Assembly: GCA_039545335.1 (NCBI GenBank)
Contig: BCIN01000004.1
Span: 982,925-1,046,924, forward strand
Direction: 5' to 3'
DNA: 64,000 bases
From: Kondoa subrosea
Taxonomy: Eukaryota
Each line of letters opens with the position of its first letter. Position 1 is the first letter of the stretch. The notes below the pieces were generated by a model. The model was not told the origin of the DNA and searched no databases. It worked only from the letters and a program-made list of their open reading frames with translations. This document shows, piece after piece, positions 1 through 13,123 of the stretch. A program made the position numbers and the translations under genes.

Positions 1-1964
1 CGCCGCAGCTTTCGAAGTAGGTTTTGGCTCCTCCACGGTAAACTACAGTACTGTTCAGCCTGCTAAGTAATAACACCAGAGAACAGCCTTACATGCAGAA
101 GGAAATGAGCAGCTAAATCTAGAGCACCACCAGAAGCGGCCAGCGCCTTGATGACTTGATCGTGATTGAAGCCCATAGACATGAGCTGATCGATAATTTG
201 CTCTTGCGTTTGTGCTGGAGTTTCCACAGCTTTTGGTTTAGCTTCAGCTTTCTTTTGCTCTGGTACTTTGGATGAAGACACGGCAGTAGGCTTGATACCA
301 GTAGCGGCAGATGGCTTCGCTTCGCCATTGGCTCGTTTTGTAAGACCAGCTTGAGTAACGAGATCAATAGCTTCGCGTTTGCCAGACTGCTCTACTAATT
401 GAATGAAGGAAGTGTTGGCAGAGGGAGGGACTCGAGTTGCTTCGACGTTGTAATCTTCCGAAGGGGAATACTCGGAAAGGAAGTACCGAATCAGCTCAGT
501 ATGACCTTGTTTCAGAGCATGATGGAAAGCCGTGTAACCTTTGGCGTCACGCTCTTCGTGTTGTGCACCTGGAGCCAGCAGTCAGTTTCTGTAAGCGCGG
601 TCGAAGAGTATACTGACCGTGATCCAGCATCCAAACTACTGCTTCCAGGTCGCCCTTTTTAGCAGCCAGATGCAACAAAGTATCCTTATCGGCTCCAGAA
701 GAGTCTTCAGGACCAACAGGATCTACCTCATCTTCCCAAATCGCTTTGCGCACATCTGCAAATTTTCCCGCTCTAGCAGCTTTGAAAGCCGCAGCTCTTT
801 TCTTTAGACGAGCCGCTTTTCGATCTTCTGCTTTCGCTGTAGCAGCTTTAGCAGCTTTCTGCTTATCATTGGCTTCCTTCTTCTTCTTGTCCGCTTTCCT
901 CTTTGCTGCTTCTATCCTAGCTTCAGCTTCTTCTTGAGCTAACAATTCCGCTCGAGCTTTCTTAGCTGCTGCTTCCTTTTGTCGACGAAATTCATCAGCT
1001 TCTCTTTCGGCTTTCAGACGAGCTGCTTTTTCAGATGCGGTTTCTTGCGGTGCTCTTCTGAAAGAATAGGGTTCATCATCCGGTTCTCTACCATACGATG
1101 CTATTTATACTTGTCGTAAGACGCTTCGCTTGTCACTAAAGGAACACAAAGGCTCACAAGAACTTGAAAACATGAATGGCATAGCCATGGAAGGAAGAGA
1201 AAAGATAGATGGGAAACCTCCTCCGCCTCGCATAGCTCTACTTGATCGACTTCTTTGGTATGCGCGCTGGCGAGCTTCCTCTCGAAGTAATTGCTCGACT
1301 GTCGACCCAACAACCCGAGCAATGAGTGTCTCATTGATTATTTACTGTGCTGCGGTACTGACCAAATACATTGAACATGAAGTTCGCTTGATCAGCTACA
1401 CGAGATAACTCTTAGCAGGCATTCTAAACATACAGATCAGCGACAAACATACCTTCATCTTCGAAATCGAAATCAAAATCAGGGTAATCCTCGTCATCGC
1501 TATCAAAGTCTGAATCTTCATCTTCGTCACTGGATTCAGGTTGATACCTATTTGGATGTCTATGGGAGTGGGAAGCGAATGGATTCGTTCCTCTGCTTGT
1601 GCTGGCTTTGCCTTTGCCTTTAGCTGCTGATTCCTTGTTAGCTTTTTGTTTCAAGTAAGCTTCAACAGTGGCTATTGCTGCTCCTAAACGCTGGAATTGA
1701 GCTGTCGCATCTGCGTTTCCAATGTTTCGATCAGGGTGAACTTTGAGATTTCCAAGTGTGAGCACAAGAGTGACAGCGAGTGCACAACGTAAGGACACAC
1801 CTTGTAGAGCACGTTTCTTGTAAGAAGCCTTAGACACCTCAAGCGTAGAACCCTAATCAGCATGGGATTTCAGCTTTCGTGATCTGTTCGAAGTTGAATG
1901 CATGAGCTAGACGGACATGAGGCACTTCGAGCTCAAGGTAGGCTTCTTTCACAGTCAATTTCAT
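1..1964 (-). CDS. Multi-exon J-domain (DnaJ) protein with acidic tract, coiled coil, ankyrin repeats and a UBA domain; 3' end runs off the window
   Basis: Spliced reading MKLTVKEAYLELEVPH-GSTLEVSKASYKKRALQ-VHPDRNIGNADATAQFQRL has the HPD motif. Ankyrin-like DTLLHLAAKKGDLEAVVWML and GYTAFHHALKQGHTELIRYFL lead in frame into UBA-like QIIDQLMSMGFNHDQVIKALAASGGALDLAAHFL. Confidence 0.8.
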
Positions 1965-2103
1965 TCCTCTAGGAGATATCAATGAAGGGGTATCACAGCA
2001 CAGAAATTGGTAGGTCGCAAGTGGAAGAAAGAAAAACTTGTGAATGCCGCGTGTTAGGGCAAGCGCGAACGAATTATGCATTTGCTGCTAAAGACTGCTT
2101 AAG

Positions 2104-4909
2104 CTACAGCTCATCATGACCAGCATCATTTGTTGCTCCTTGCTGCCTGATCTGATCCTTGATCTTGGTCCATTCTGCGAATTGAGTAGGATCGAATTCA
2201 GCATCCTTTGCGTTAAGAGGCGCATCCTCTCCTGATTCTTCTCCAGCTGGTCGGACTGGTCCAGATTCAATAGGAGGAGCAGATTTGATATCGCCTAGAT
2301 TTGCAGTAGCAGATTGCGAGACACCCAAAGATCGCCGCAGCAACGATTCAACTCGAGCAAAGTAGCTGTATGAGACTGAATTAGACACACCCATGTCATG
2401 AAAACACAAATGACGTACCCATTTGTGTCCTTGAGAGCGAATCCACTTCTCACCATGCTTGTGTCCCATAACGTCAAGACGTTCTCTTTGAGATCTTCAT
2501 CATCTTCGCCAACTTCTTCCAGCTTGTCCAATAGACCTTCAATGAGTGGATGTCTTGGATTGATCTCGAGCACTTTCTTTGCGTTTCTGAAATAGTTGGT
2601 CATCATGCTATCTTGCTCCTGCAAGTAAACACATGAGCACTGTCGTGTACTGAGGATATGATACCCACTCGAGCATTGTTCTGTGCCGCCATCATTCTTT
2701 CCATGTTGCCAGTCCAGGCGCTAAAACTCTGTCAAAGATTGTTCGACAGGTAGATAAGATCACTGACTATTGATCTGTGACTACAGCGCAAGGAGAGGTG
2801 GTAAGGCGACCGGAGATCACGACTACGGCCACAGATTAGCTTCGTTCGGCTTGAGAATAATAATCGATCTCACCTTCATTGACGCTATCCGATAACTGTC
2901 TCTTGAAGTATTCAGTCAGCGGCTTGAACTGTTCCTTGAACTTCTCCTCCTCTTCTTTCTCTTTTTCATCTGAGCGAGATAGTAATAATCAGCACAAGAC
3001 TGACTATGCATCTACTATCATCGCACCTTCATCTCCAAAGACCAAGCCTTTCTTAGCCACATCCTGGAATTTGAGACCTTCCCATTCTTTCACACCACCG
3101 ACGAGCAATTCATCCAACGGTTCCAAGAACCACAAAACCTCGTAACCTCTTTGCAAAACTCTTTCGACGAATGGACTTTGTCGCAACTCAGCAGCATTTC
3201 CACCAGCACTAGCAGCGAAATAGATTTGTTTCTGTCCAACTCTTCTTCTCGTTACGTATTCACTCAATGAAGTAGCATTAGCAAAAGAACTTTCGAACCG
3301 TAAGAGCTTCATCAATTTTGGTCGGAGCTTGCTATCTTCATGAGCACCCAATTTCAGTGCTGAGCCAGCATTTCTCCAGAACAGCTTGTATTTCTCCATT
3401 GAAGGTTGTTCAGAGGCAGAAGCGTAAGAATCAAAGAGTGCGATAGCTTTATTGATCAAGTTGCGCTGAATCTGTTTGACTGATCTGTTGGCTTGCAAAG
3501 AGTCTCTTCCGACATTCAGAGGTAAATCATCCGCGTCGACAATGATTTTCATGTATTGCAACCAACGAGGAATATAAGTGGGACCAAGATCAGAAGTGAT
3601 GAAGACTCGTCGGACATAAAGACGAATCGCGTTCAAGTCAATGTAGTTTTTGGCGAAAATGTCATTGGGAATATTGGCTGGCATGTAGAGCAGTGCACGG
3701 AAAGACGTCGAGCCTGCATCTCCTTTGATGTGGGTCCAGAAGAGAGGTGCTTCGGTTTCTTTGTAGTGCGATTGGTAGAAGGAGATATAGTCTTCGTCCG
3801 AAACGGTCTTTGGATCTCTGCACAGCAAAAGGTTGAGTTATGCTACAGCTAAAGATAGGCATAGACTGTACCTCATCCAGATAGGAGGTTGCTCATTAAT
3901 ATGCTGCCATTCAGCAGTCTTGATTTCTCTAGTTTCGGCTGGCTTAGGTTCCGTTTCTTCTGTATCAGAATCCATTTCATCGGCCTTTTCAGTCTCTTCA
4001 GGTTCAATTATTTCGGTTGTAGTCTTCTCAGTCCACAAGTAAATCGGAGCGGTGGTAGAGAACGTAGAGTGCTTGTTAATCAAAGTCTTGAGCGTTTCTT
4101 CTTCGAGGTATTCAAGCGCATCTTCCTTGAGGTGACTAAGTTCTTCGATCAGGAAGCATCATTGAAACAGGATTATCTTACTCACAGAGTGATCTCAGTA
4201 CCACGTACAAGCGTATTACCTCTTGGATCCCTCTTGATCTTGAACTCAGCAGCATCCGCTTTAGATTCGAAGACCCATTGAGTTTCATCATCTTTTGACT
4301 TAGATGCGACTTCAACATGATCAGCTACCAGGAAACTGGAATAAAAACCTATTAAAGAACTCAGCTCGACAACATCCGGATGGATGAGGTCTGCTGACCG
4401 AGACCAAACTGCCCAATCAGATTCGACGACTTATCACCACCGCTCTCCATCTTTTTTAAGAACTCAGAAGTGCCAGATCTAGCTATTGTACCTAAGTTCT
4501 TTTGCAACTCTTCTCGCGTCATGCCAATCCCAGAATCGCTAATGACCAATGTCTTGGAATCTTTGTGCGGTCTGATAGATATGTTGAGAGAAGGAGCAGC
4601 ATCAAGTATTGAAGGATCTGTTAAAGCCAGTATCCTGGTTTTCGAGATAGCATCTCCAGCCTAATTTTATGCATTCTCTGAGCCTCAAGAATACAATACA
4701 GAGGCTGTTGAATGACGAACGTTGGAAGTAAGCTCGCGTAAGAAGACATCCTTGTGGTGATACAGATGCGACACAACCACAGACATTAGACGAGAAATGT
4801 CAGACTGGAAAGGGACGGTGACAGCTTCATCTGCAGTCTCTTGTGCCAGCACAGTAGGAGAGCAAGCAACCAGCGCAGCTAGCAGCAGCTTGGATATAGC
4901 AGGCCTCAT
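2104..4909 (-). CDS. GRP94: ER-resident Hsp90 (GRP94/endoplasmin-like), multi-exon
   Basis: Signal peptide [22 protein letters not shown]. Hsp90 motifs [75 protein letters not shown]-terminal HDEL before the stop at 2104. Confidence 0.93.
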
Positions 4910-5108
4910 GGTATGGGTAAGTCGCGCTCTGTTGGCAAGGTGCGACGTGTCGGTTCTGAGAAAGCTCGCGCTGAGATTCATGCCGCGAAGACAGGTAGCA
5001 TGAAAGTGAGTGCATCTCCCTTGGATCCTTCTATCACGCAACATCCATGCTAGTCTATATCCTCTTCCTTCAATCTTGCAATCGCAAGCGACCTACTGCT
5101 TGACATCT

Positions 5109-6660
5109 TCAAGCATCAAGCATCTCTTCCTTCACGTCCAATCTTCCAGCATAATCAGTAATCATTCTCAACCACCTCTGTTGACCCTTTTCCACAATCA
5201 ATTGAAGCGAGATTTCCTCTGAGCGAAAGTCCATCAACACCTTGAAATAATTCACCAGTTCCGTCTTTTGCAATACTCTTTGCTGCACCTCATCCAATCT
5301 CTCACTTCCACATGGCAGAAGGAATGCTCTAGGCAAAATCTTATCCAATTCCAGCATGACATAAAATCTTGAAAGCTTAGGAAAGAGCTTGCGGTCATGT
5401 ACAAGTAGACTGAATGACGACCAAGAAGGGAAAGACTTCATCTTACGATCTTGAAGAGCGAATTTGATCTCGAAATGAATTAGATGCACGGCGCATTCGC
5501 TCTGACTGAGACCCAGGATGAGTTTCTGTACACCAGAATCGGCTGGCACAATGATTACAAGAGACTTGAGAGCTGGAAAGAGATTGAAGAATTCCTTGTA
5601 TCGGATGATGCGGCATGAGCTGGTGAAGTCAAAGGCAAATGTAAGAAACCTCAATCTAACAAACCGAAAAGCGAGTCTCTGAAAAGGCTGTGTAATTGAT
5701 CGCAAACTTTCTTGCCGTATTTCTTCGTAATCGAGCTTGAGGGAGAGCGATACTAAACCTAGACCGAGAAGACCCAAGAAATGGCAGTTCTCCGTCCAAA
5801 GATGGTCTTTGACATCAAGAGCAAAGACGAGCCATCTCCAATAGTAATGCTGTGTGTCTCTATCGGATTTCTTCTGTTTGATGTGCTGCAGGATTGTTTG
5901 CAGCCAACCCAAGGCCTTAATACTGACTCTGAACAGACTACATGTATCAAGATTTGGCAGCTCCAACAGAGCTCTTCCAAAAGCAACCATACTACCCCCT
6001 CTCATGTTGCTCAGGCTCGAGTTGCCGACCAGAATGGAAGATAAAGTGGAAAAGCATGGTAGGCTCTTTATTTCGTTATAAGTTGGCAAGGGCCGCAGCT
6101 GAAAGTGTGCAGTCGGAGAGAGTTGTTCAAACCGGTTTTCGTCTGCGGAAGTGAGAAGTGTCGTGAATTGGGGAAACAGGATCGTAAGTGTTTCGACTTG
6201 GGCAAGCTGCATCACAAGGTCTTTCGATGTGCACGAATCGAAGATGTAATTGTCAGGGATCATTGAGTTGCCCGGCGGTAGAGTGAAGCCGTCTTTGCGT
6301 TGATAGAGTATCCCTGTTCCGACTTCGCAGTAAACCTCTTTTTGCAATCCGGTGCGCCAGGTGAAGCTTCGAACGAAAGCTTCCAGAGGATCTCCACGCA
6401 GCTTGTGTCCTCCGAGCATCTTGAGCAACCCTTTGAAGTGTGTAGGGTATTCAAGAACTGAGAGGTGCCGGACCATAAAAGGGATTGCAAGACGTTTAAG
6501 TCGATCTGAGAAAACAGATCAACAGCACTCAGAAGACGTACGATGATAACTGACGACAAGTCTTGGCAAGACATGAGAGAGTCTTCAATCTGTTCGCGTT
6601 CAGTGAGATTGCAATTGCACCACAAATTTGCTCAATGAGCTCATCAGCGAGCTGGAGCAT
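5109..6660 (-). CDS. F-box-like hypothetical protein (paralog A), 2 exons
   Basis: N-terminal MLQLADELIEQI...LSCLAKTCRQLSS, one intron, then a 455-aa ORF. Clearly similar to 9189-10743. Confidence 0.65.
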
Positions 6661-7061
6661 ATCGAAAGCAGGTGCTAGTGAGCAAAAGTTGCCCAGAAGA
6701 GTTCTCAATGTGTCAGTGGTCAAGAAGAAGAGTCTCGTTTTGCATGATCGGGCGACGAGTTCTCATGTGTGAGCGCCTAAGCAGTCATATATCCTCAGGT
6801 GTCAAGTGTGGCTCAGCTTCTCCTATCAGAGCGCGTTTGAACCCTGTAATGCGAAATCGCTGATCTGATGTCTTACGTAAGCAAAGTCAAAACTGAGTAA
6901 GGTTCCTTGCATCAAAAGCGAATTGGTGCTATGGGCGTATATCGAGCTTCCAATCTCCTTTAGTGATCTTTGGACACACTAAACTCGTTACTGGGGAAGA
7001 CAGATAGACAAATTGCCCGAAATCTGCCATATCTGTAATGTCATTGTCCGTACTACCCATC

Positions 7062-8702
7062 TCATGCTACTGCTCCAAAGACTGATAGACAACCGCTTCC
7101 GCTTTCATATAAGCTTCCCAAGCCATGGGATCGAAAAGCGGAAAATATTGAGCAACCAGTACGCTGGATATGCCTCTAACAGGGTCGATGTTGAAGTACA
7201 GGTTGGCACCACCAAGCCACTATGCAGTTGTATCAGCAGGAAGAAGCAAAATAAAGCAAAGGCATACCCAAATCGATGATTTGGTGCGACCAGTAGGTAA
7301 ATCCTCCTTGTTGATGATTGTGCCGAATCCCTATCTCTGCTGTAAGCATGATGTTTAACAGATGCTCGTGCTACTTACGAGACCTTTCTTGATACCAGGC
7401 ATCAGCTGACCTTGATTGGTGATTTCTGGCTTTGGATTTGGCATAACTAGTCGGGCAGAAGCGTCAAGCAAGCACGAAGTAGCCAAGAATCAATCACTCA
7501 CTTTGATCGAGCGGATGTTCTTGAGGTATCTTCAATACTTCCAGCTGGTCTGTGTAGAATTCTTGTACGGTAGCTTCTTGAAGAATCCTTGCGCCGTTTG
7601 CACCAAGTCCTTTGTTCACTAGCATGGCATTAGTCAAATCGACTGTCAGATTGACGGCTTTGCGAGACCTCACTCAAAATCGTAACCACTTTGAGGAAAT
7701 CGCCAGCTGTTCCTTTCGAGAATGCTCCGGCTCCGTCGAACTCAGGCTTACTATTGCCTACAGCTGCCGATAATGCATTGTCAAGGTGTTTCGTGACACG
7801 TTAAGCCGAGACATACGCAGCGGGATCATCTTATCGTCCATCTTCAGGTTTAGTCCAGCCATACGGCTGACCATGCTTTCAGTTGGCTAATTACACCCAT
7901 TAGTAGTGATCGTCTAGCATGATTTGGGAACACCTACCTCCCAAGTTATTTCTTCCACGCCTAAAGGCTCAAAGATGTATTTGCGACAATATTCCCCCAA
8001 GCGCATAGAAGTGACTGTCATAGATTGTTTCCTAACAGTTCCGCTGCACTAAACGACTGACGTACCTCGCTCCAGACCCAATCCAGCGATGTCAAGGCCA
8101 ATACCGTATTCGAAACGCTGACCCGGCTCGTGTGCTAGAGGTTGAAGGAGGTAGTTCTTCAACACCGGACTGGACTCCGTCAGACCCGTTTCCAGACTAC
8201 GAGCATGAAGTTCATGATTGAATATTGTATAGCCAAATCCGCTCGTGTTTGAGAGCAGGTTACGCAGAGTGATCTTGCCTTGTGGTTTAGTCCCGTCGAG
8301 AAGCTTGAAGTCATTGATCTCAGGCCAGTAGGTTTCGAAAGGCTCGTCGAGACTCCATCGACCTTGCTCGACCAAATGCATACACGCGATGGCTGCGATG
8401 ATTTTGGTGAGGGACATAAGGTGAACGACAGTATCCACCGTCATCTGTAGTGCTATCAGCTAGGATATGGGCGCATGGACACGTTCACTCACCTTAACAT
8501 CTGGCGCTTCCAATGTACGAACACCGCTGGCAGCAGATGCCAAAGTCTTGCCAAATTTGTCGACAGCCATGAAGATAAGCCCCGGAATCCCTTTCAAGAC
8601 CGCATCATCAAGGATCAGCTGAACCTTGTGCTCTGTATTTCCTTCAGTGGGCAGCGTTTGGATTATTCGAGCAATGTTGTCCTTGGACATCATACTGGCC
8701 AT
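7062..8702 (-). CDS. Beta-lactamase-family (SxxK) serine hydrolase/transesterase, multi-exon
   Basis: DTVVHLMSLTK (SxxK), ITLRNLLSNTSG, HEPGQRFEYGIGLD, and C-terminal WLGGANLYFNIDPVRGI...YQSFGAVA*. Confidence 0.85.
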
Positions 8703-9188
8703 ACTGCGCACTGTTTGGTAGCTTGCGCAAGAGAAATTTGCAAAAGTTCTGCAGCATGTGCGCTATATGTGTGTACAGTCAGATTGGCAGTACAGTCAGA
8801 GAACACATCAGAAACGTCTTCGCTCGAGCGCTTATGGAAAAGCGCCGACACTACGTGCATCCAATACGATCTTGGTATGGCTAAGGTGAACAGGAGGGAG
8901 AGACAGCAAGGAAAACAATACTATACGCAATGCTAGCGTAGTAGACATGCTGGAAGTTTCATGAATATCGCGTGGTATAGTATCTAGACTACGCGGCCAA
9001 ATCGAAGGAACAAGAAGAAATGTGAAACAGGAGGTCACCTGAAAAATGAGCATTGCACAGAGATGTAGCGAGCATTGTAATGTCAGGGCTGGTCCTGTCC
9101 AGTATCTAGACACGCGAGAGGTGAAATCTTCTGATCGGCGATGGTCCCAAATCTTGTCTACATAGCAATATCGAAGCGCTCGAGCTGA

Positions 9189-10743
9189 CTACTCGGCTGA
9201 TACTGGTATATCTTGCTCCGTAACATCCATTCTACCCGCATAGTCCGTCATAAACCTTAACCACCTCTTCTTATGTTTTGTCACTGTCAACTGCAAGCCT
9301 AGCTGATTCGTATTCAGATCCATCAGCTCTTGAAACCATTGAGTCAATTGAGATTTGACTGCTATAGGGTTCTTGGCCCTTCTTTTCGCTTGTTGCAAAA
9401 GACCAGAATGCTTATTGATCTTGTCCATCGAAATGACAATGTACAAGCGAGACATTCGAGAGAACACTTCGCGGTCGGCAAGGAGAGCAGAGAAGGACGA
9501 CCAGTCGGGCAATTGCTTCACCTCTTGATCCCCGAATGTGAAATGGAGTTCCAAATGCTTGAGATGTCGAGCGCATTGACTTTGTTTAAGGCCTTCAATA
9601 AGTTTTCTGATACTACGGTTGTTGAAGTCGGCTGGTACAGCCAAGACAAGATTGAGAAGTTGCGGAAAGAGTTGAAAGAAAGCTTTATAACGAACGATGC
9701 GAAGAGAGTTCGGTATGTTGAATGTAAAGTGAAGCCGAAACAGACGCGTGAAGTAGAGATTAAAGAGATGAAAAGGCTGGATAAAGGAGCGGATGCTGAG
9801 CTGTGGCGACTGCTTACTGTAGGTCAGACTTAAGCGGAGTCCTCCAAGACTTTGCGAAAGAAGTGCCAATATCTGAAAGCCGAATCGAAGCTCGTCTTTC
9901 AGTTCGAGCTCGAAGCGAACCCATTTCCAGTGATAGAAGCGTGTAAAGCACACTATGACATCGTCTTCGATCGCCTCCTCGATCATGGCAGCCCAACCTA
10001 ATGCTGCTGGATCGATGTAGCTGATTGCAATCGAGCGTAAAGCAGGCATAGTCAGGATAGCACGGCCCAAATCCTGAAAGTTGTTGCCGCCGTGAAAATG
10101 GCTGGAGCTTGTGTTATTGATGTACACGGATGAGATGGTGGAGAAGCAAGACAGTGTCTGTAATGACTCGAAAGAAGGTACTTGTAGCCGCGGCATTGGT
10201 TGTAGCTCATGCCAACTATCAAAGCGAGAAAGATCAATGGGCGAATGAAGAAGATGTGTATAATGCTGAAAGAAAAAGCCGATTTGATCCAGTGCTGGAA
10301 GTCTACTTGCAATCTCCAGATACGATGATGACTCAAAGATATGATTGGGAGGAATCAGAGCCAGATCTGAAGGTAAAGTAAACCCATCCCTCCGCTTGTA
10401 AAGAGTTCCCGTTGGTTCGTGCAAGTACACCTCACTTTTAAAGCCTAAATCCCATCTTAGAAGCTTGACGTATTGAACAAGCGGATCGTCTCGCTCTTCA
10501 AAGACGTCTAGCATTGTTTGAAGTCCATTCAGATTGAGAGGTCGCACATGGATGTGTTTGACCAACAGAGGCATAGCTAAACATCGCAGCCGCTCTAGAG
10601 GCATGGCTTAGCAGCTAAGCTGACACTGCGCTCTTTAGACACTCACTACACGTCCTGGATATGTAAGCAAGCGTTCTCCCATGTCCTGGCTCCAAACAAA
10701 GATTGAGCGCAACCTCCAGCACTTCATCAGGTAGGCAGAGCAT
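9189..10743 (-). CDS. F-box-like hypothetical protein (paralog B), 2 exons
   Basis: MLCLPDEVLEVAL...LAYISRTCS (LPxE F-box start), one intron, then a 471-aa ORF similar to 5109-6660. Confidence 0.7.
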
Positions 10744-11234
10744 TTCTGCCTGACGAGCAGGGGTATACAGGAGTCCTCAGGGCGGGATAACGCGGCCAAG
10801 GTCTCGCTAGCGCTGTTTCGAGAAGAGATACTAACTTTGTTTGATCTTTAGATCACGGCGAAGCTGGAGAAGGTCTTCCGTACTGCTTTGCTTTGGTCCA
10901 CGACAGTCTTGCAGACATGTTCATTTTTTTCACTATTTTATACTCCATTTCGTACAGGATCATCCAAAGCTGTACATGTCTTAAATGTCTTTGTCTTCCT
11001 TGCTCTCAATTCTGTTCCTGCACGCGACAGTATCAGATTCATGACGTCTCTTACAGGGATCCATGGGAAAGCTTCTTTGTTGCGTTGGCAACGATGAGCT
11101 GAAACTTGCCAGTTGTCAATCCCCTATAGGGCAATGCGAAAGCAACGCTATTTTTCTCCTGGGTCTCTTCTCTCTTACTAGCAGACTATCTTTATTCCCT
11201 CTTCTGCTCTACTGACCATCCGTAATACTCACCA

Positions 11235-12880
11235 ATGGCCTCCCTAACAACACAAGCTCCGCTTGAAACTGCCTCTTCATCGCAACCCGAAAGCATCGCC
11301 GACTCTCTGGAAGGGCTCCGAGGAAGTATACAATCGCTTCGAGACGCCAGTCGCGACAATGCACTCAGTCCTTACCTCGAAATCAATGGAATCCCTTCAG
11401 CTGACAGGAAAGAGAGCATCTTCTCCGCTTTTATAGCAGTAAGCTGTTTTGTTTTCACGAAAGCTGAATTTGAACCCTTGTGTAGCTGAAGAGCCTTGCT
11501 GAAACATTGACTAAATCGGTCGAGCATGCCAAAACAATGGAGTCTAGTCGCGGCAAGACGGCTCTACATATTCACATGCGGCACGTTGAATTGCTAGATG
11601 AAGAGGTAAGCTGTCCTCAAATTTCGATCCCTTCCACCTTGCTGATTTCCAACCCAAAGTTGAGCTTATGCATGAAGAATGCATCTAGTGCAAGTGTCTT
11701 ATAGTCTTTGTCCTCTATATCGTACTTATTCTACTTGCAGTGTCGCCTGTACCTCAATTTGGCTATCCAAGCGGAAAGCGGAAGACTCAAGGCCGATCTC
11801 AACAAGACAGAAGCTATGTTGAAGCAAGTGTGTATGCAGATCATCTAGTTGGAGGAGTCGCTAATATCGTGCTCTAGCTGCAAAGCAATATTCAAGCTTA
11901 TAAGACGCCCATACACAGTCATGTTATAGTAGGTCTTCTTTCAATTGATGCATAGAACTTGTTGACTGGGAGATAGTCTATGCTAGCGCATCATCGTGCT
12001 CTATCTCCGATATCTGGATCAACAACTCGAGGTCCTTTCTCCGGCTTTGCGGATCTACAAACTCGACTGGAAGGCTTACACGACAACCTCGAGCAGTTTT
12101 CGTTACAGTATCAAGTAGACAGCAATATTTCAGCAAAGATCAGTCCTGATAATCAAGTAAGACAATTGTTCGAAGCGAGATAGACAATAGACTGACTGGT
12201 CATCATCAGCTTGCAAAGGCTTCAAAACAGTTTCTGACTGGTATTGATGCGGTGTACCGGGTACATCGATGCAAAGGAAGACTTCAAGAGCACCTGAAAG
12301 CAATGCAAGAAGCAAACGAAAAGGTGAGACAATACACCAAACTCGTGGAGTCAGGCTAAATGCATTGGTCTAGCTTTTTGCTTGCTTGACTCAAATGGAG
12401 CAGGTCAGTATCATCAATTTTCTAGTAAAGTCTTCAACTAACGATGCTAGACATGCGGCGATATTGGAGCACATATTAACAAGTCACAAGATGGATCCAG
12501 TCAGGTTATTCTGGCTAATGCCCAAACGAAGCTGCTTGAAGTGAGCATTGAAATGTCGTTGATCCCTCTATCTGATACGTCAGTTTAGCTTTACGAAGAG
12601 ATATGGTCTTGTGCTGGACCAATTCAAGAACGTTACGAAGGTTAGGCAAGACTTGATTTGCTATTTCTCACTATCTCATAATCTTTCTGTCTAGGCTATG
12701 AGGCAGTTAGCTCAACGGCAGACAAGCAAATGCAGAATCTGTCTGCTGTAGGCGCTCCTCTGGAAGGTTATAACCTTCAACTTCCAGGTCAAGTCCAGAT
12801 TCTCTTTAACGCTACTTCTGGTTTGAAAAAATGGGTATCTGCGTGGCAGCAATAGATGTGTGGACATGTCGAATTGATGT
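11235..12880 (+). CDS. Hypothetical multi-exon helical/coiled-coil protein (3' end approximate)
   Basis: ATG in good context (ACCAATGG) after a pyrimidine-rich leader, followed by short open segments separated by GT..AG introns. No recognisable domain. Confidence 0.5.
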
Positions 12881-13123
12881 CAAGGACATTGAGAGTATTG
12901 ATTATGTAATAACATTGTTTTCCGCGGACGAGCATTTCTGCACTCAAATATCCGTGCGCGTCTCACAGCAGCACAGCTTATCTCTCGTGTACTGCCTGCG
13001 TCCAGCGTCCAGCACGCAGGCTTTCCACCTCCAAAATAATTCCATTGGTAAACTAAAGTCTAAGCCATATTTCGAACTTCCTTTGCTCTGTCCAGTGACT
13101 TCCAATTTCTTGCCGCACACGTA

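Noticed and set aside
9330..9833. Antisense ORFs such as this 167-aa frame and many other 60-150 aa ORFs in the track
   Set aside because: They overlap better-supported genes on the opposite strand or in another frame and show no motifs.
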